Of a DNA stretch of 64,000 nucleotides, positions 20,020 through 29,976 are shown piece after piece (position 1 is the stretch's first letter; each line of letters opens with the position of its first letter). The notes beneath the pieces were generated by a model. It was not told where the DNA came from and made no database searches. It saw only the letters and a program-made list of their open reading frames with translations. Made by a program: the position numbers and the translations under genes. The stretch is from Cyclobacteriaceae bacterium (GTDB lineage: Bacteria; Bacteroidota; Bacteroidia; Cytophagales; Cyclobacteriaceae): positions 42,787 through 106,786 of the forward strand of contig JAVJOD010000001.1 in NCBI GenBank assembly GCA_040216915.1. Direction: 5' to 3'.

Positions 20020-21069
20020 ATGAAATATCTAGATACGGTCTATTTCGGCAACACCATTGAAAAATACCTTCTTGTAGCCGGCATCATCATAGGCGGCATG
20101 GTGGTTATTCGGCTATTCCGGAGAATTATTTTGCATCGACTTAAGAAATGGGCTACCACCACAGAGACCAATTTTGACGACTATGTAGTCAGTGCTGTAG
20201 AGCGCTTTATTCTGCCCATGCTCAATGTGGGTGTGATGTACGTGGGCGTCCATACGCTAAAACTCACTGAGTGGGCGATTAGTACCATAGACAATGCACT
20301 GGCTATTGCCTTTACTTTTTATGCGATTCGCCTTACAACAAGCTCCCTGAAAATCTTATTGGAGTCATATACCAAGAAGCAAGAAGGAGGAGAAGAAAAG
20401 GTGAAGCAAATCAAGGGCATCATGATCGTGATGAATATACTCATCTGGTCAATGGGGCTCGTCTTCTTATTTGATAATCTAGGATACGATGTAACCGCTA
20501 TCATTACCGGCCTTGGAATTGGAGGTTTGGCTGTTGCCTTGGCCGCGCAAACCATTCTTGGAGACCTATTTAATTACTTCGTTATTTTCTTTGATCGCCC
20601 CTTTGAGATAGGTGATTATATCGTAGTTGACGATAAGAATGGAAACATCGAACATATCGGCATAAAGACCACACGCATAAAAAGTTTATCTGGAGAACAG
20701 ATCGTGATCTCCAATAGCGACCTTACGAATTCCCGCGTTCACAACTTCAAGCGCATGGAAAGGAGAAGGATTCTTTTCTCGCTTGGTGTTACATACCAAA
20801 CAACACCTGCACAACTTCGTGAAATCCCTGACATAATTTCAAAGATCGTTACCGATCAACAGGATGCTGAAATGAGCCGCTGCCACTTTTCTTCGTATGG
20901 TGACTTCAGTTTGAATTTTGAAACGGTGTATTTTGTGACCGAACCTGACTACGTGAAGTACATGGACATCCAGCAATCGATCAATCTGCAGATTTTTGAA
21001 GCTTTCGCTGAACGCAAGATTGAGTTTGCTTACCCTACGCAGACTTTGTTTTTGGAGAAAGGGTCGTGA
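20020..21069 (+). CDS. mechanosensitive ion channel (MscS family)
   Basis: TM helices followed by the MscS core GIGGLAVALAAQTILGDLFNYFVIFFDRPFEIGDYI..G.IE.IG.K.T.I. ATG at 20020 preferred over the TTG at 19978. Confidence 0.85.
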   Translation: MKYLDTVYFGNTIEKYLLVAGIIIGGMVVIRLFRRIILHRLKKWATTTETNFDDYVVSAVERFILPMLNVGVMYVGVHTLKLTEWAISTIDNALAIAFTFYAIRLTTSSLKILLESYTKKQEGGEEKVKQIKGIMIVMNILIWSMGLVFLFDNLGYDVTAIITGLGIGGLAVALAAQTILGDLFNYFVIFFDRPFEIGDYIVVDDKNGNIEHIGIKTTRIKSLSGEQIVISNSDLTNSRVHNFKRMERRRILFSLGVTYQTTPAQLREIPDIISKIVTDQQDAEMSRCHFSSYGDFSLNFETVYFVTEPDYVKYMDIQQSINLQIFEAFAERKIEFAYPTQTLFLEKGS

Positions 21070-21121
21070 AGTTTCGGCACTGCTTCGTTACAGTTGGCTG
21101 GGTTGTAAAACTTTCGACTAC

Positions 21122-22738
21122 TTATCTTGTTCGATTGACCATCACCTGCTCTACCCTAGGCGAGTCTTTTGATTTTACAATCAAGCCAAAATTAAATCTG
21201 TCTGCACTTTGGTTAAACACGCCATAGCCCCATGATATCTCATCACGAATCAACTCAAAATTGCCTATTCTATGCAACGCATCTTGGACTGGCATTCCTG
21301 CAAAAAGGACAGGTGATTGAACGGGCTCACCCAATAGCGCGGCATACGGATTAAGTAACACCAATTGATTTGGATTGTTATCACTGAAAAATATTATACT
21401 TCTGTCTTCATATCTCACTAATAGCCCCGTATCTCCATCCATACCATACGGTTGCGTTTTTACTTGTTGAAAGCTGACAGGAATATGTTCAAAATACTTT
21501 TTAAATCTCAACTCCGTCCAGGGTTCTTCATGATATGTAAATTCGCTAGAAATACTTTTCAGCAATTCAACCAATTTCCATTCTGCTGAAGTCAGAGGTT
21601 TTAGTAAATCTTCAATGTTCTTGTAATTCAGAAAGTGAGCATAAAAATACGGTATCCGTCCATAGCCATCTGGAGCATTTGGGTCTGCCCCCACAGCAAG
21701 CAAACCTCGCACAACATCCGTTTTTTTTGTATTGGCTGCTGCGCACAAAGGGGTAGTGATAAGGTCCGGTACTAAATTCGTAATTTGAAATCCCATATTA
21801 AATGGTAGCAAATTATGGAGTTGAACATTCTGATTCCAATCGTAACCATCAGTTTGCAATTGTCCTATAATCAGATTAAGGGAAGCTTCATCATCTACCA
21901 GAAAAAGACTATTGACGCTTGGCTTCAGGCCATTCTCCAATAAATATTTGGTCAACTCCCCTCCGCGATTGAAGATACTCGTTAGATAGGCTTCTCCCAC
22001 ACCGATGTCTCGCACGTCTTCAACGCTTGCAAAATCATAACCATTTTCACTAAGGAACCGGAGGGCGCCAAGCGAATTTGAGTGCCAAGCGCTTAGTGGA
22101 CCTGGCCGAAAACCAATATCAAACAGGTTTTGAGCAAGCTCTAACTCGCCCTTCTCGATTGTATAATCTAGCCGACTGGCGTAATCCTCTACATCAATCG
22201 AAATAGTCGCGTTTAAGTCCAACCCCTGAGCAACTAAATAGTTGACAACATCCGTATTTTTGACATTCACAAAAAAAGCTGCGTAGGTTGGTGTAATATC
22301 CGCTTTCACTTGTTTCAAGACCTGTAGCATTTGAAGGTCATCATTTTTCAAGGCCTCTAGAAGTGGAGACTTAATGTCGAGAAATTCACCAATTACTAGA
22401 TCCGGGTCAGCACCATATTTTACCAGAAGCGGTACCATCTCGTACCGCCTGGATCGAATAACCTTCATTAGGACGGTTTCCCCACTACTCTCCCGGTAGA
22501 AATTGATATCGAAGTCCCAGCTTTTTAAGACAACTTCCAGCTCATCCAGTCGATTTTTCTCAATCGCCTGGTCGATCTCACTCCAGATGGCATCAATGTC
22601 GACTTCCTTTTCGTCAATGTCAGTCATCGGGGCGATTGATCCAGTGGTCCTGTTCTTTTCTGTTGCAACAGAACATGAGAGAAGCCACAAGGATATTGAG
22701 AAAAATATTATTCTTAATAACATCGAAGTTATTCGCAC
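21122..22738 (-). CDS. ankyrin-repeat lipoprotein
   Basis: Lipobox-like SLWLLSCS at the N-terminus. Ankyrin-type repeats (GETVLMKVIRSRRYEMVPLLVKYGADPD; TPLCAAANTKKTDVVRGLLAVGADPNAPDGYG). The C-terminal ~150 aa are unassigned. Confidence 0.72.
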   Translation of the reverse strand: MRITSMLLRIIFFSISLWLLSCSVATEKNRTTGSIAPMTDIDEKEVDIDAIWSEIDQAIEKNRLDELEVVLKSWDFDINFYRESSGETVLMKVIRSRRYEMVPLLVKYGADPDLVIGEFLDIKSPLLEALKNDDLQMLQVLKQVKADITPTYAAFFVNVKNTDVVNYLVAQGLDLNATISIDVEDYASRLDYTIEKGELELAQNLFDIGFRPGPLSAWHSNSLGALRFLSENGYDFASVEDVRDIGVGEAYLTSIFNRGGELTKYLLENGLKPSVNSLFLVDDEASLNLIIGQLQTDGYDWNQNVQLHNLLPFNMGFQITNLVPDLITTPLCAAANTKKTDVVRGLLAVGADPNAPDGYGRIPYFYAHFLNYKNIEDLLKPLTSAEWKLVELLKSISSEFTYHEEPWTELRFKKYFEHIPVSFQQVKTQPYGMDGDTGLLVRYEDRSIIFFSDNNPNQLVLLNPYAALLGEPVQSPVLFAGMPVQDALHRIGNFELIRDEISWGYGVFNQSADRFNFGLIVKSKDSPRVEQVMVNRTR

Positions 22739-22782
22739 GGTAACATAAATCCGTTGAAGCAGGTCAATTTACCCTAATGGCA

Positions 22783-24348
22783 TCATTGAAGCTTCTTCTC
22801 TACGAGTTTCTTAACCTCATCAGCTCGCTCCTTGTTGACTTTCTCAAGCATTGACATTCCGAGCTTTTCCGCAATCTTCAGATAGATCTCCTTAACATCA
22901 GTTATCTCTTCATCCTGCACGTACTCAGGTGTTACGAAACTTCCCATGTTCAGCACTTGTGCTACTACTTTTTGTTTGGGTGAATCTGAAGGGCCGATAA
23001 ATTCCATAGCCAAAAGAGAAGTCACCATATTAAGAGATGCCGCGTGCTTCTTTGCACCATTAACATCTTTTTGTGTCACGGTCAATCTTGGATCAACTGT
23101 GTAAATGAAAACAACTTTGTATTTAGATGCCCACCAATCATCAATACGTCCCATTTTCATGTCTTTGTATGGCACGTTGTTGATATCGATTACTTCAAAG
23201 TCTGTGGTGCCCAAAGCTGCATTGAGCTCATCTGAAAAAGCCTGTGCCACAGATTTCAACGACTCATCAAAATATTCGCCCTCAACAGCCAGCTCGCCAC
23301 TTGGCATCATTTCTTTCATCATTGTGCTGCCAGGTGCACTGGCTGGTTTCGGAACAGCTGTCGGCTTGAGTTCCAGCAGAACACCTACTTTGTTACCATC
23401 ATTCTTAATCCGCTCAAGCTTGGCAGCAAACGTTTCCTTTTTTTCAGGGTAGTTATCTTTTGCCGAAGCGTATGCTGGAGAAACTGTGGCTGAGCGGCCT
23501 GCATACTGATCATCCAACCTTGCCTGAGACTGAGCTTTCTGCTCATCTAGGGTCAGCTTCTTGGTGGGAGTAACCAAACTCCTCGGAGGATCCACAAAAT
23601 AGTATTTAATCTTTCCCGGGCTATTAGATTCATACCAGGCATTGTAGTTGTTGATAATCCTGCCCAGATCTACCGTAGCTCTCTCAGCCTTTATCTGCTT
23701 GTCATTTAGCTCCGACAGTTTACCCATCGCACCCATGAGGCCCTTCTTTTTTTGTGCAGGTTGAGCTGAAGACGGCTCATTTTGCTTTTCCTGCTCCTCC
23801 TCTGCGCTGGCTACGGCAGCGTCCAGCTCTGACACTATTTCCGGTGCATCCGAAACCCACTCCCGCAGTTGCTCTTCAGTGAGTTCCCCTTCAACATACC
23901 CCATGGTATCAACTTTGCGGCTTATTGTGCCTATACGACTTCCAACGATCACGAAGTTCTCCTCATCGGTTCCTGGTTCGCGATTATACTTTATATAAGT
24001 GAAGGTTTCGATAGCTCCCTGTCTAGTCAAGATCACAAACTCCTGACCCACAAATCCACCAACTTTGACTGTAGGGTTTGGTCGAAGCGCCCAAACGTTC
24101 CCATCTACCGTAAACGCTTCTATCCCTCCTGAATGCGTGTATACATCCTCTTGAAGGTCAGATTTGATCGTAAATTTATTCTGGGGATTCTTAAAGAATT
24201 CTGGTGCCTGATACTTCACTTGAATATCGTGCACCACTCCATCTCCAAAAATCATCTTAGCAGGAACCATCTTTCCCTCAAGGTCTTTGTTGAACTCTTG
24301 TGCCATCAAGGTTGACGAGCAGAGCAGTAGTAGAATAAAATTTTTCAT
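22783..24348 (-). CDS. hypothetical secreted protein
   Basis: 521-aa ORF with a signal peptide (MKNFILLLLCSSTLMAQ) and an acidic/Gln-rich central linker. No family recognised. Confidence 0.6.
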   Translation of the reverse strand: MKNFILLLLCSSTLMAQEFNKDLEGKMVPAKMIFGDGVVHDIQVKYQAPEFFKNPQNKFTIKSDLQEDVYTHSGGIEAFTVDGNVWALRPNPTVKVGGFVGQEFVILTRQGAIETFTYIKYNREPGTDEENFVIVGSRIGTISRKVDTMGYVEGELTEEQLREWVSDAPEIVSELDAAVASAEEEQEKQNEPSSAQPAQKKKGLMGAMGKLSELNDKQIKAERATVDLGRIINNYNAWYESNSPGKIKYYFVDPPRSLVTPTKKLTLDEQKAQSQARLDDQYAGRSATVSPAYASAKDNYPEKKETFAAKLERIKNDGNKVGVLLELKPTAVPKPASAPGSTMMKEMMPSGELAVEGEYFDESLKSVAQAFSDELNAALGTTDFEVIDINNVPYKDMKMGRIDDWWASKYKVVFIYTVDPRLTVTQKDVNGAKKHAASLNMVTSLLAMEFIGPSDSPKQKVVAQVLNMGSFVTPEYVQDEEITDVKEIYLKIAEKLGMSMLEKVNKERADEVKKLVEKKLQ

Positions 24349-24414
24349 AATAGGGTTATTCTAGGTTTATTATGTCTTATGATAATTCGTGGCTGGTCAC
24401 ACTTAACCGACCTA

Positions 24415-26460
24415 TCATTTCACAATTACATTTCCACTTACATTGTCAATTGAGAAGGTATTGTTGTTTGCCACATTTAAGGCATCTGGGTCTTGCTTGC
24501 CCGCCTCTACCAACGCACCATAACCTCCACTTCCAGAAACTGTATTGTTCTTGAAGGTATTTGCAGTTGAACCTCCGCCATAATCGAAAACCACATTTGC
24601 TTTCTCTGTAGCAGGCGTTACTCCATTCTTTTGTATCAATACTTCACCTCCATTTTTAATTTGGCAGAATTCAAACTTCGTAAGGGTTTGCACGTGAATA
24701 CCTGCCCAAGAGCCTACCGTTCCAGCTTCGCCATCAAAGGTGATTGGCTCCAGAGCACTTCCTTTAGCCACAAACGATCCCTGCTCCAGAGCAAGGGTCT
24801 TACCGGCTTTGAATTTCAAATTCACACCAGGGCTAAGTGTCCATGAACCTCCCGATTGCTTCACGTTGCCACTGAAAAGATAATAATTTGACCCCCCTAG
24901 TGATCTCCAAGTGGATATAGGTGTTTGACTTGGATTAGTCACGCGTACCTCTACTGCAGCAACTCCAGCAGGCATGGTAAATGTGTTGTTCTGCTGCACT
25001 GAACTATGAATGTCAGTGATCAAACCGCTGTAAGCTGATTTAGCTGTGTTTGTAAAAGTACAACTTTGTATCACGACCGGTATAATTGCTGTCTGATTGT
25101 AAACACCATAACCACCGCTATTTGTAATCTCAGCTCCAGATAAGTTGGCTGTGCCGTTCGTAAAGTAAACTGCTGCCTTCTCGAGGCTGGTAAAAAATCC
25201 TGTGTTAAAAACTTCACTTCCGCCACCATCTATTGTTGAGCTATTTATAACAAGTTGCTCGCCAGCACCTGCATAAGCGATCCCTTTCCACGGAGCATCA
25301 TCAAGCCCCTTAAGAACAGAAGAGGAGGTTATGCTGAGGCTACTTTGTGCTAAGATTCCAGCACCCGCTTTCATAAGTATTGTAACACCCTGCATTGACA
25401 CTGGCGAGCCTGCAAGAAAATCCTCATCCAAATAAAATTTTGCTCCCGCCCTAAATAGAAATGTTTGCCCGCCTGGCAAGGCATCAATTGTACTACCTCC
25501 ACTTGGCTGCAAATGGATGTAATCATAAGCTGCCGGATAGGTATTAAATCCAATACTATTAACGAAAGACACTGGAGCTTTGATAGGCTTCGCATTAGAA
25601 AAAGTTACATTACTAACAACAGCATCGCTTCCACTGACTGGAGTAACTACTAGAAAGTCATATGATGCCGAATTAACAAAAGCGACTTGAGAGAATGCTG
25701 ATATTGAAGGTGTAGTTCCTGCAAACGTAACCGCGGCTGCTTCCGACTGACCATCAAATGGTGCTGATCCTGCATTCTCAATAGTTGTTAAAACACTAAC
25801 GTCTATGGTTCCTCCATCTACTAATAATCCCTTCCATCCAGTATCAGAAGTAAATTTATGATTGCCTGAAGTAGTGGCACGCAAGGTTGCACCATCCTGT
25901 ATAATGATTCCTGCTCCCTCAGCAACTTTTACTACTACGCCAGAGTTGCCGGAATTATTCGGATCATCAAATGTTAAGGTTATTCCACTGGGAATGATCA
26001 AATCAGAGGTAATGAGATAATCAGGCATCGATGAGTCAGTGTCAATATCTTTTAAGGTTGTATTTTCCGTTAAGGTCCCACTTAACTCGACTGCACCCGT
26101 AACCGTTATTTGTACCTGGTCTTCCGAAAATTCGCTGCCGTTCGTGATCCGAAGTGTAAATTGATAAATGCCATTTTTAGTTGGCTCAAAACTTGGATTC
26201 GCTGTACTTGAATTATCCAAAAAAAAACTCTCCGGTCCTCCCTGGACAATCCACTCATAATTAAAAGAATTGCCATTTGGCCCTGTGGAAGCTGAACCGT
26301 CTAATGTTACAGTAGTGAATGGGGCTCCCGTTTGATCAGGCCCAGCGTTGGCAGTGAGTCCATTAGAAGGGTTTCCCGAATCATCTTCAGAGCAACTAAA
26401 CAGAATGGTGGTTGCTATTAGCATAAAACAAAATCCGCAACTCTTATTAAACTTTATCAT
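24415..26460 (-). CDS. lipoprotein with PKD-like domain and parallel beta-helix-like repeats
   Basis: Lipobox ILFSCSEDD. PKD-like segment ANAGPDQT..VTLDGSAS..YEW... The rest is Gly/Ser/Thr/Asn-rich and periodic, typical of right-handed beta-helix proteins. Confidence 0.7.
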   Translation of the reverse strand: MIKFNKSCGFCFMLIATTILFSCSEDDSGNPSNGLTANAGPDQTGAPFTTVTLDGSASTGPNGNSFNYEWIVQGGPESFFLDNSSTANPSFEPTKNGIYQFTLRITNGSEFSEDQVQITVTGAVELSGTLTENTTLKDIDTDSSMPDYLITSDLIIPSGITLTFDDPNNSGNSGVVVKVAEGAGIIIQDGATLRATTSGNHKFTSDTGWKGLLVDGGTIDVSVLTTIENAGSAPFDGQSEAAAVTFAGTTPSISAFSQVAFVNSASYDFLVVTPVSGSDAVVSNVTFSNAKPIKAPVSFVNSIGFNTYPAAYDYIHLQPSGGSTIDALPGGQTFLFRAGAKFYLDEDFLAGSPVSMQGVTILMKAGAGILAQSSLSITSSSVLKGLDDAPWKGIAYAGAGEQLVINSSTIDGGGSEVFNTGFFTSLEKAAVYFTNGTANLSGAEITNSGGYGVYNQTAIIPVVIQSCTFTNTAKSAYSGLITDIHSSVQQNNTFTMPAGVAAVEVRVTNPSQTPISTWRSLGGSNYYLFSGNVKQSGGSWTLSPGVNLKFKAGKTLALEQGSFVAKGSALEPITFDGEAGTVGSWAGIHVQTLTKFEFCQIKNGGEVLIQKNGVTPATEKANVVFDYGGGSTANTFKNNTVSGSGGYGALVEAGKQDPDALNVANNNTFSIDNVSGNVIVK

Positions 26461-26507
26461 ATCTTAATCTTTTTAGTGCGATCGTAGGTCATTTGAAAGA
26501 TTAAGAT
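26461..26507 (-). promoter_or_regulatory. 12-bp perfect inverted repeat abutting the start codon of the beta-helix lipoprotein gene
   Basis: atcttaatcttt (26461..26472) and aaagattaagat (26496..26507), with a 23-nt spacer containing cgatcg. The left arm begins 1 nt from the ATG at 26460. Confidence 0.4.
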
Positions 26508-26604
26508 GCCGTATTCATTCGAATTTGGAAATGAAGTACTTGTGAATACCTGAAATTACTTTGCAGAAGCCGTACGATTTTTTATAAAGAGATTCGAATT
26601 AAAT

Positions 26605-26916
26605 TCAAAGACAATGAATTCTATCCAGGAATTCCTGCCGCCTACTCTCGCTCACTGGAATTTTAGTTTCATTTATCCAAACTCCTTCCGCATCGAAAGA
26701 TTCAACCTTTTGAATGTTGATTAGGTAAGATCTATGCACCCTGAGAAGATCCTGGAATGGCGTTTTCCTCAAAAACTGGCTTAGGTTCTGAGAGAGAGAA
26801 AACTCTCCAGAAACAGTTACCAAATTAAGGTAACTACCTTCTGCCTTCAGGTACAAAATACTATCAATGGGTATTCTGAAATGCCTATTATCTCTCTTCG
26901 CAAATACAGCATCCAT
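26605..26916 (-). CDS. stand-alone LytTR DNA-binding domain protein (no receiver domain)
   Basis: The 103 aa align along their full length with the C-terminus of the adjacent response regulator (..GSY..L.QNLS.FL.KTP....LR.HRSYLINI.K..SF......I......IP.S.....EFL.RIH.L). Confidence 0.8.
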   Translation of the reverse strand: MDAVFAKRDNRHFRIPIDSILYLKAEGSYLNLVTVSGEFSLSQNLSQFLRKTPFQDLLRVHRSYLINIQKVESFDAEGVWINETKIPVSESRRQEFLDRIHCL

Positions 26917-27043
26917 ATCTCTGCCTATTTAAACCGCAAATTTGGTATGGTCTAAAACTTAGCTTGTTTTAGGGAATGAGCAAGTGATACTTTGTCGTTA
27001 GCAGCTACAGCTTTGCGAACCGGGGGAATTCTTTTGTAAAAGC

Positions 27044-27793
27044 TTATAGCCGATGAATCCTTGATAGGAATTCATCTTTATAGGTATCACTGAGGGGAAT
27101 TTTGTGTTTAGCGATGTAGATATAAGACTCCTCAAAAGAGTCTATCTTATCTATATTAATGAGATAAGATCTGTGAATCCTAAGCACATTGTCAAGTGGT
27201 GTCTTCTTCAGGAATCGGCTTAGGTTTTGAGTCAATGTGAATCGCTCAGTGGTAGTTTGAATATGGATATAGCTGCCGGCCGCCTCTATAAAAAGAATAT
27301 CATCAGATGAAATCTTAACGTGCTTTCCCTTATTCTTAACAAATAGACTCCTATGTATTATTGCTTCATAATGGGTTTCAACTACTGTAGCTATTTCAAT
27401 TTTTTCAGGAGTCTGCTCTTCTGAAAAATTAAATAGCGCAAGATCAATTGAAGTTAATAGGTTAGCAGGAGTGAAAGGTTTAACAAGAAAGGCATTGGGC
27501 CTGGTAGCTTTTGCCCTTAGATAAGTCTCCGTATCTGAGTTAGCAGTAATGAATATTACTGGAAGGGATATTTTGAATTTTACTTGCTCTACCAATTGAA
27601 TTCCCGTCATCTGCCCGGCAAGTCTTATGTCGACAAGAATAAGATCCGGCAATTTCTCGACAATAAAGGGAAGTGCCTCCTCCGCACTGTCAAAAACACC
27701 CAGCACGTCATAATCCTGCTCAACTAGGAGAGATTTTATGTCTTCCGCAATAACAAATTCGTCTTCTACAACAACCAGTTTCATGCCACCCAT
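27044..27793 (-). CDS. LytTR-family response regulator (REC + LytTR)
   Basis: Receiver motifs VVVEDE and LILVDIRL (phospho-accepting Asp), plus a C-terminal LytTR domain. Alternative start at 27784 (MKLVVVEDE). Confidence 0.9.
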   Translation of the reverse strand: MGGMKLVVVEDEFVIAEDIKSLLVEQDYDVLGVFDSAEEALPFIVEKLPDLILVDIRLAGQMTGIQLVEQVKFKISLPVIFITANSDTETYLRAKATRPNAFLVKPFTPANLLTSIDLALFNFSEEQTPEKIEIATVVETHYEAIIHRSLFVKNKGKHVKISSDDILFIEAAGSYIHIQTTTERFTLTQNLSRFLKKTPLDNVLRIHRSYLINIDKIDSFEESYIYIAKHKIPLSDTYKDEFLSRIHRL

Positions 27794-29953
27794 CTAAACA
27801 GTCAATTTTAAAACCATTTCTATTTTCATCCCTTGATCTTGCTTGATATTCATCTGCCCATTTAGTTTAGTCTTCAATAATTGGTCGACAAATTTAAGTC
27901 CAAAAGATTTTCCAGATTTAAAATCAAAACTGGAAGACCGCAATCCGTTATCCGTAACACTGAATACCCATTGCCCTAAAGATTTTTTAAGCTTAACCCC
28001 AATTGTTTTTACCTGCTGCGTTGTATCAAATGCGTACTTTATCGCATTGGTGATTAACTCATTACTTATTAACCCCAAGGCCAATGCTGAATCAACGTTA
28101 GCTTCCACTTTATCAATTTCAACTTCTAAAACTATCCCGCCCTTGTTTAGTTCCAATGAAGCTAGCGTCAAGCGACTCTGCTCTGTAAGGTATTCTTTAA
28201 GGTCTATTGAACCAAAATGATCTGATTTATACAGCATCTCATGCACTAATCCGAGCGAGTGAATGCGATTGTTTAACCCGCCCAGAATATCCTTCGTTTC
28301 CTCATCACCAGATCTCGCCTTAATATTTATTAAGCTACTTATGATCTGAAGATTATTCTTCACGCGATGATGGATTTCATGGATGAGTGCCTCCTTCTCC
28401 TCATTTTGCTTCTGTAGCACATCATTCTGTTGCTCAATAATTTGTTTCTGGCGTTGCAGAAGATTAGAGCCCTTCTCTTTTCTTCTAAACCTCCTGTAAT
28501 ACAGACCTCCAAATGAGCCTATTAAAATGATGGAAATAAGCGCAAGTCCGATTTGGAGGTTTCTAGTTTTAATCTTCTCCTCATTAAGAAGATTCACCTG
28601 AATCATTTGGCTAAGCTCCGACTCCTTCTTTGCTGTCTTAAATTCAGCTTGCATCCGAGTGAGATTTATTGCTGTTTCTTGTCGATTGATGCTATCCAGG
28701 TAGTTCTTGTATTTTTCCGAATAAAATAACGCAGTTTTATAGTCTCCCATCTGCTCGTGTAAAAATTGCCCCTCCTGATACAGATTTTTCTCATGAATAA
28801 GAGAAACCTCCCTGGCAAGCCTGAGTCCTGTGCTTAGGTGATACTTTGCCGATTGAAAATCGCCATGCAGTGCATGAGTTCGCACGAGATTGCGATGGAT
28901 GCCGGTAAATGTGATTCTGTTATTCATTTTGTAACTCATGGCAAGTGCAGAATCATAATAGAAACGAGCCGAGTCAAGATTTCCAAATGCCATATGTGCG
29001 CTGCCCAAAAGTTCCAATGTGTAAGAAGCATTTGGCCTAGTCACTCTATTGAAGTCCTGCTTTGCAAGATAGTGGTAATAGAAACATGAATCTTTCATTC
29101 CTGCATTTCGGTAGTCGATGGCAACCAAATCCCATTCGGGTACCAACTCAATGAATTCCCCCGTTTTTGCTGCCAACCTGAAGTACTTTGCCGCATTCAG
29201 AGGATCCTGAAGTTGCCGATATGACTTTCCGATATTATGATAGGTATAATAGAGCTTCATCCATTCCCCACTCCGTTTATATAGGTCAACATTCTTCAGC
29301 TCATCCTTGATTTCTTCTTTATAATAAATGCTGTCAATCATCAGGGATCCCATTGCGCCCATGGCTTCTATATGGTGCTTTGTTTCTGGTAGCTCATCCT
29401 TCAACTTTTCACCCTTGAAAATGTATTCCACTGTTCTTCTGAAATCTCCCTTTCTATGGTACATCAAAGAAGTGTTGTGAAGGATCAGAATCATGTTGGC
29501 AATGTCACCTTCATCTTCAGCTATTTTGTAGGCTTTATTAAAATAATACTCAGCAGAGTCGTAGTATGCCTGGTAGTAGTAAGTGTTCGCGATGAAATCG
29601 GTGGCCTTGGCCATTGTATTGTAATCTTTCACCAACCTTGCAACCTCAATGGCGCTCCTAAAAAATTTAAGCCCCTGCTGATAGGCTCCGTTGGCCCAGT
29701 AAAATTCGCCCATCAGCATAATGGCCCGACCCTTGCATCCTGTACAGCCAGACCGCTGTGCTTCCTGCAACAGGTCTTCCACAGTAGCAAACGTTGTGGG
29801 GAAATCTGCCAGATACCTGCCCTCCAGCGAGATGATTTTAGCCCAAAGAGCTGCGCTATCTAAAGCAAATGAATCTTGCCCGGAGACATTAAGGCAAAGA
29901 AGTGACATGGAAAGTATTAAAGCCGCACTTTTCACGACTTCAAGATACTTCAA
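27794..29953 (-). CDS. sensor histidine kinase with periplasmic/extracytoplasmic TPR-like repeats (HisKA_2-type)
   Basis: Signal peptide, ~430 aa of TPR-like helical repeats, a TM helix (LALISIILIGSFGGLYY) and a coiled coil. H-box EIHHRVKNNLQIISSL and ATPase region ELITNAIKYAF. The stop abuts the RR start. Confidence 0.85.
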   Translation of the reverse strand: MKYLEVVKSAALILSMSLLCLNVSGQDSFALDSAALWAKIISLEGRYLADFPTTFATVEDLLQEAQRSGCTGCKGRAIMLMGEFYWANGAYQQGLKFFRSAIEVARLVKDYNTMAKATDFIANTYYYQAYYDSAEYYFNKAYKIAEDEGDIANMILILHNTSLMYHRKGDFRRTVEYIFKGEKLKDELPETKHHIEAMGAMGSLMIDSIYYKEEIKDELKNVDLYKRSGEWMKLYYTYHNIGKSYRQLQDPLNAAKYFRLAAKTGEFIELVPEWDLVAIDYRNAGMKDSCFYYHYLAKQDFNRVTRPNASYTLELLGSAHMAFGNLDSARFYYDSALAMSYKMNNRITFTGIHRNLVRTHALHGDFQSAKYHLSTGLRLAREVSLIHEKNLYQEGQFLHEQMGDYKTALFYSEKYKNYLDSINRQETAINLTRMQAEFKTAKKESELSQMIQVNLLNEEKIKTRNLQIGLALISIILIGSFGGLYYRRFRRKEKGSNLLQRQKQIIEQQNDVLQKQNEEKEALIHEIHHRVKNNLQIISSLINIKARSGDEETKDILGGLNNRIHSLGLVHEMLYKSDHFGSIDLKEYLTEQSRLTLASLELNKGGIVLEVEIDKVEANVDSALALGLISNELITNAIKYAFDTTQQVKTIGVKLKKSLGQWVFSVTDNGLRSSSFDFKSGKSFGLKFVDQLLKTKLNGQMNIKQDQGMKIEMVLKLTV

Positions 29954-29976
29954 ATTGCAGGAAAACTATGCTAGCC

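Noticed and set aside
26952-26972. Inverted repeat CTAAAAC-(7 nt)-GTTTTAG between the response regulator and the orphan LytTR gene
   Set aside because: The stem is a 7-bp AT-rich pairing with no U-tract, which is too weak to call as a terminator or operator.
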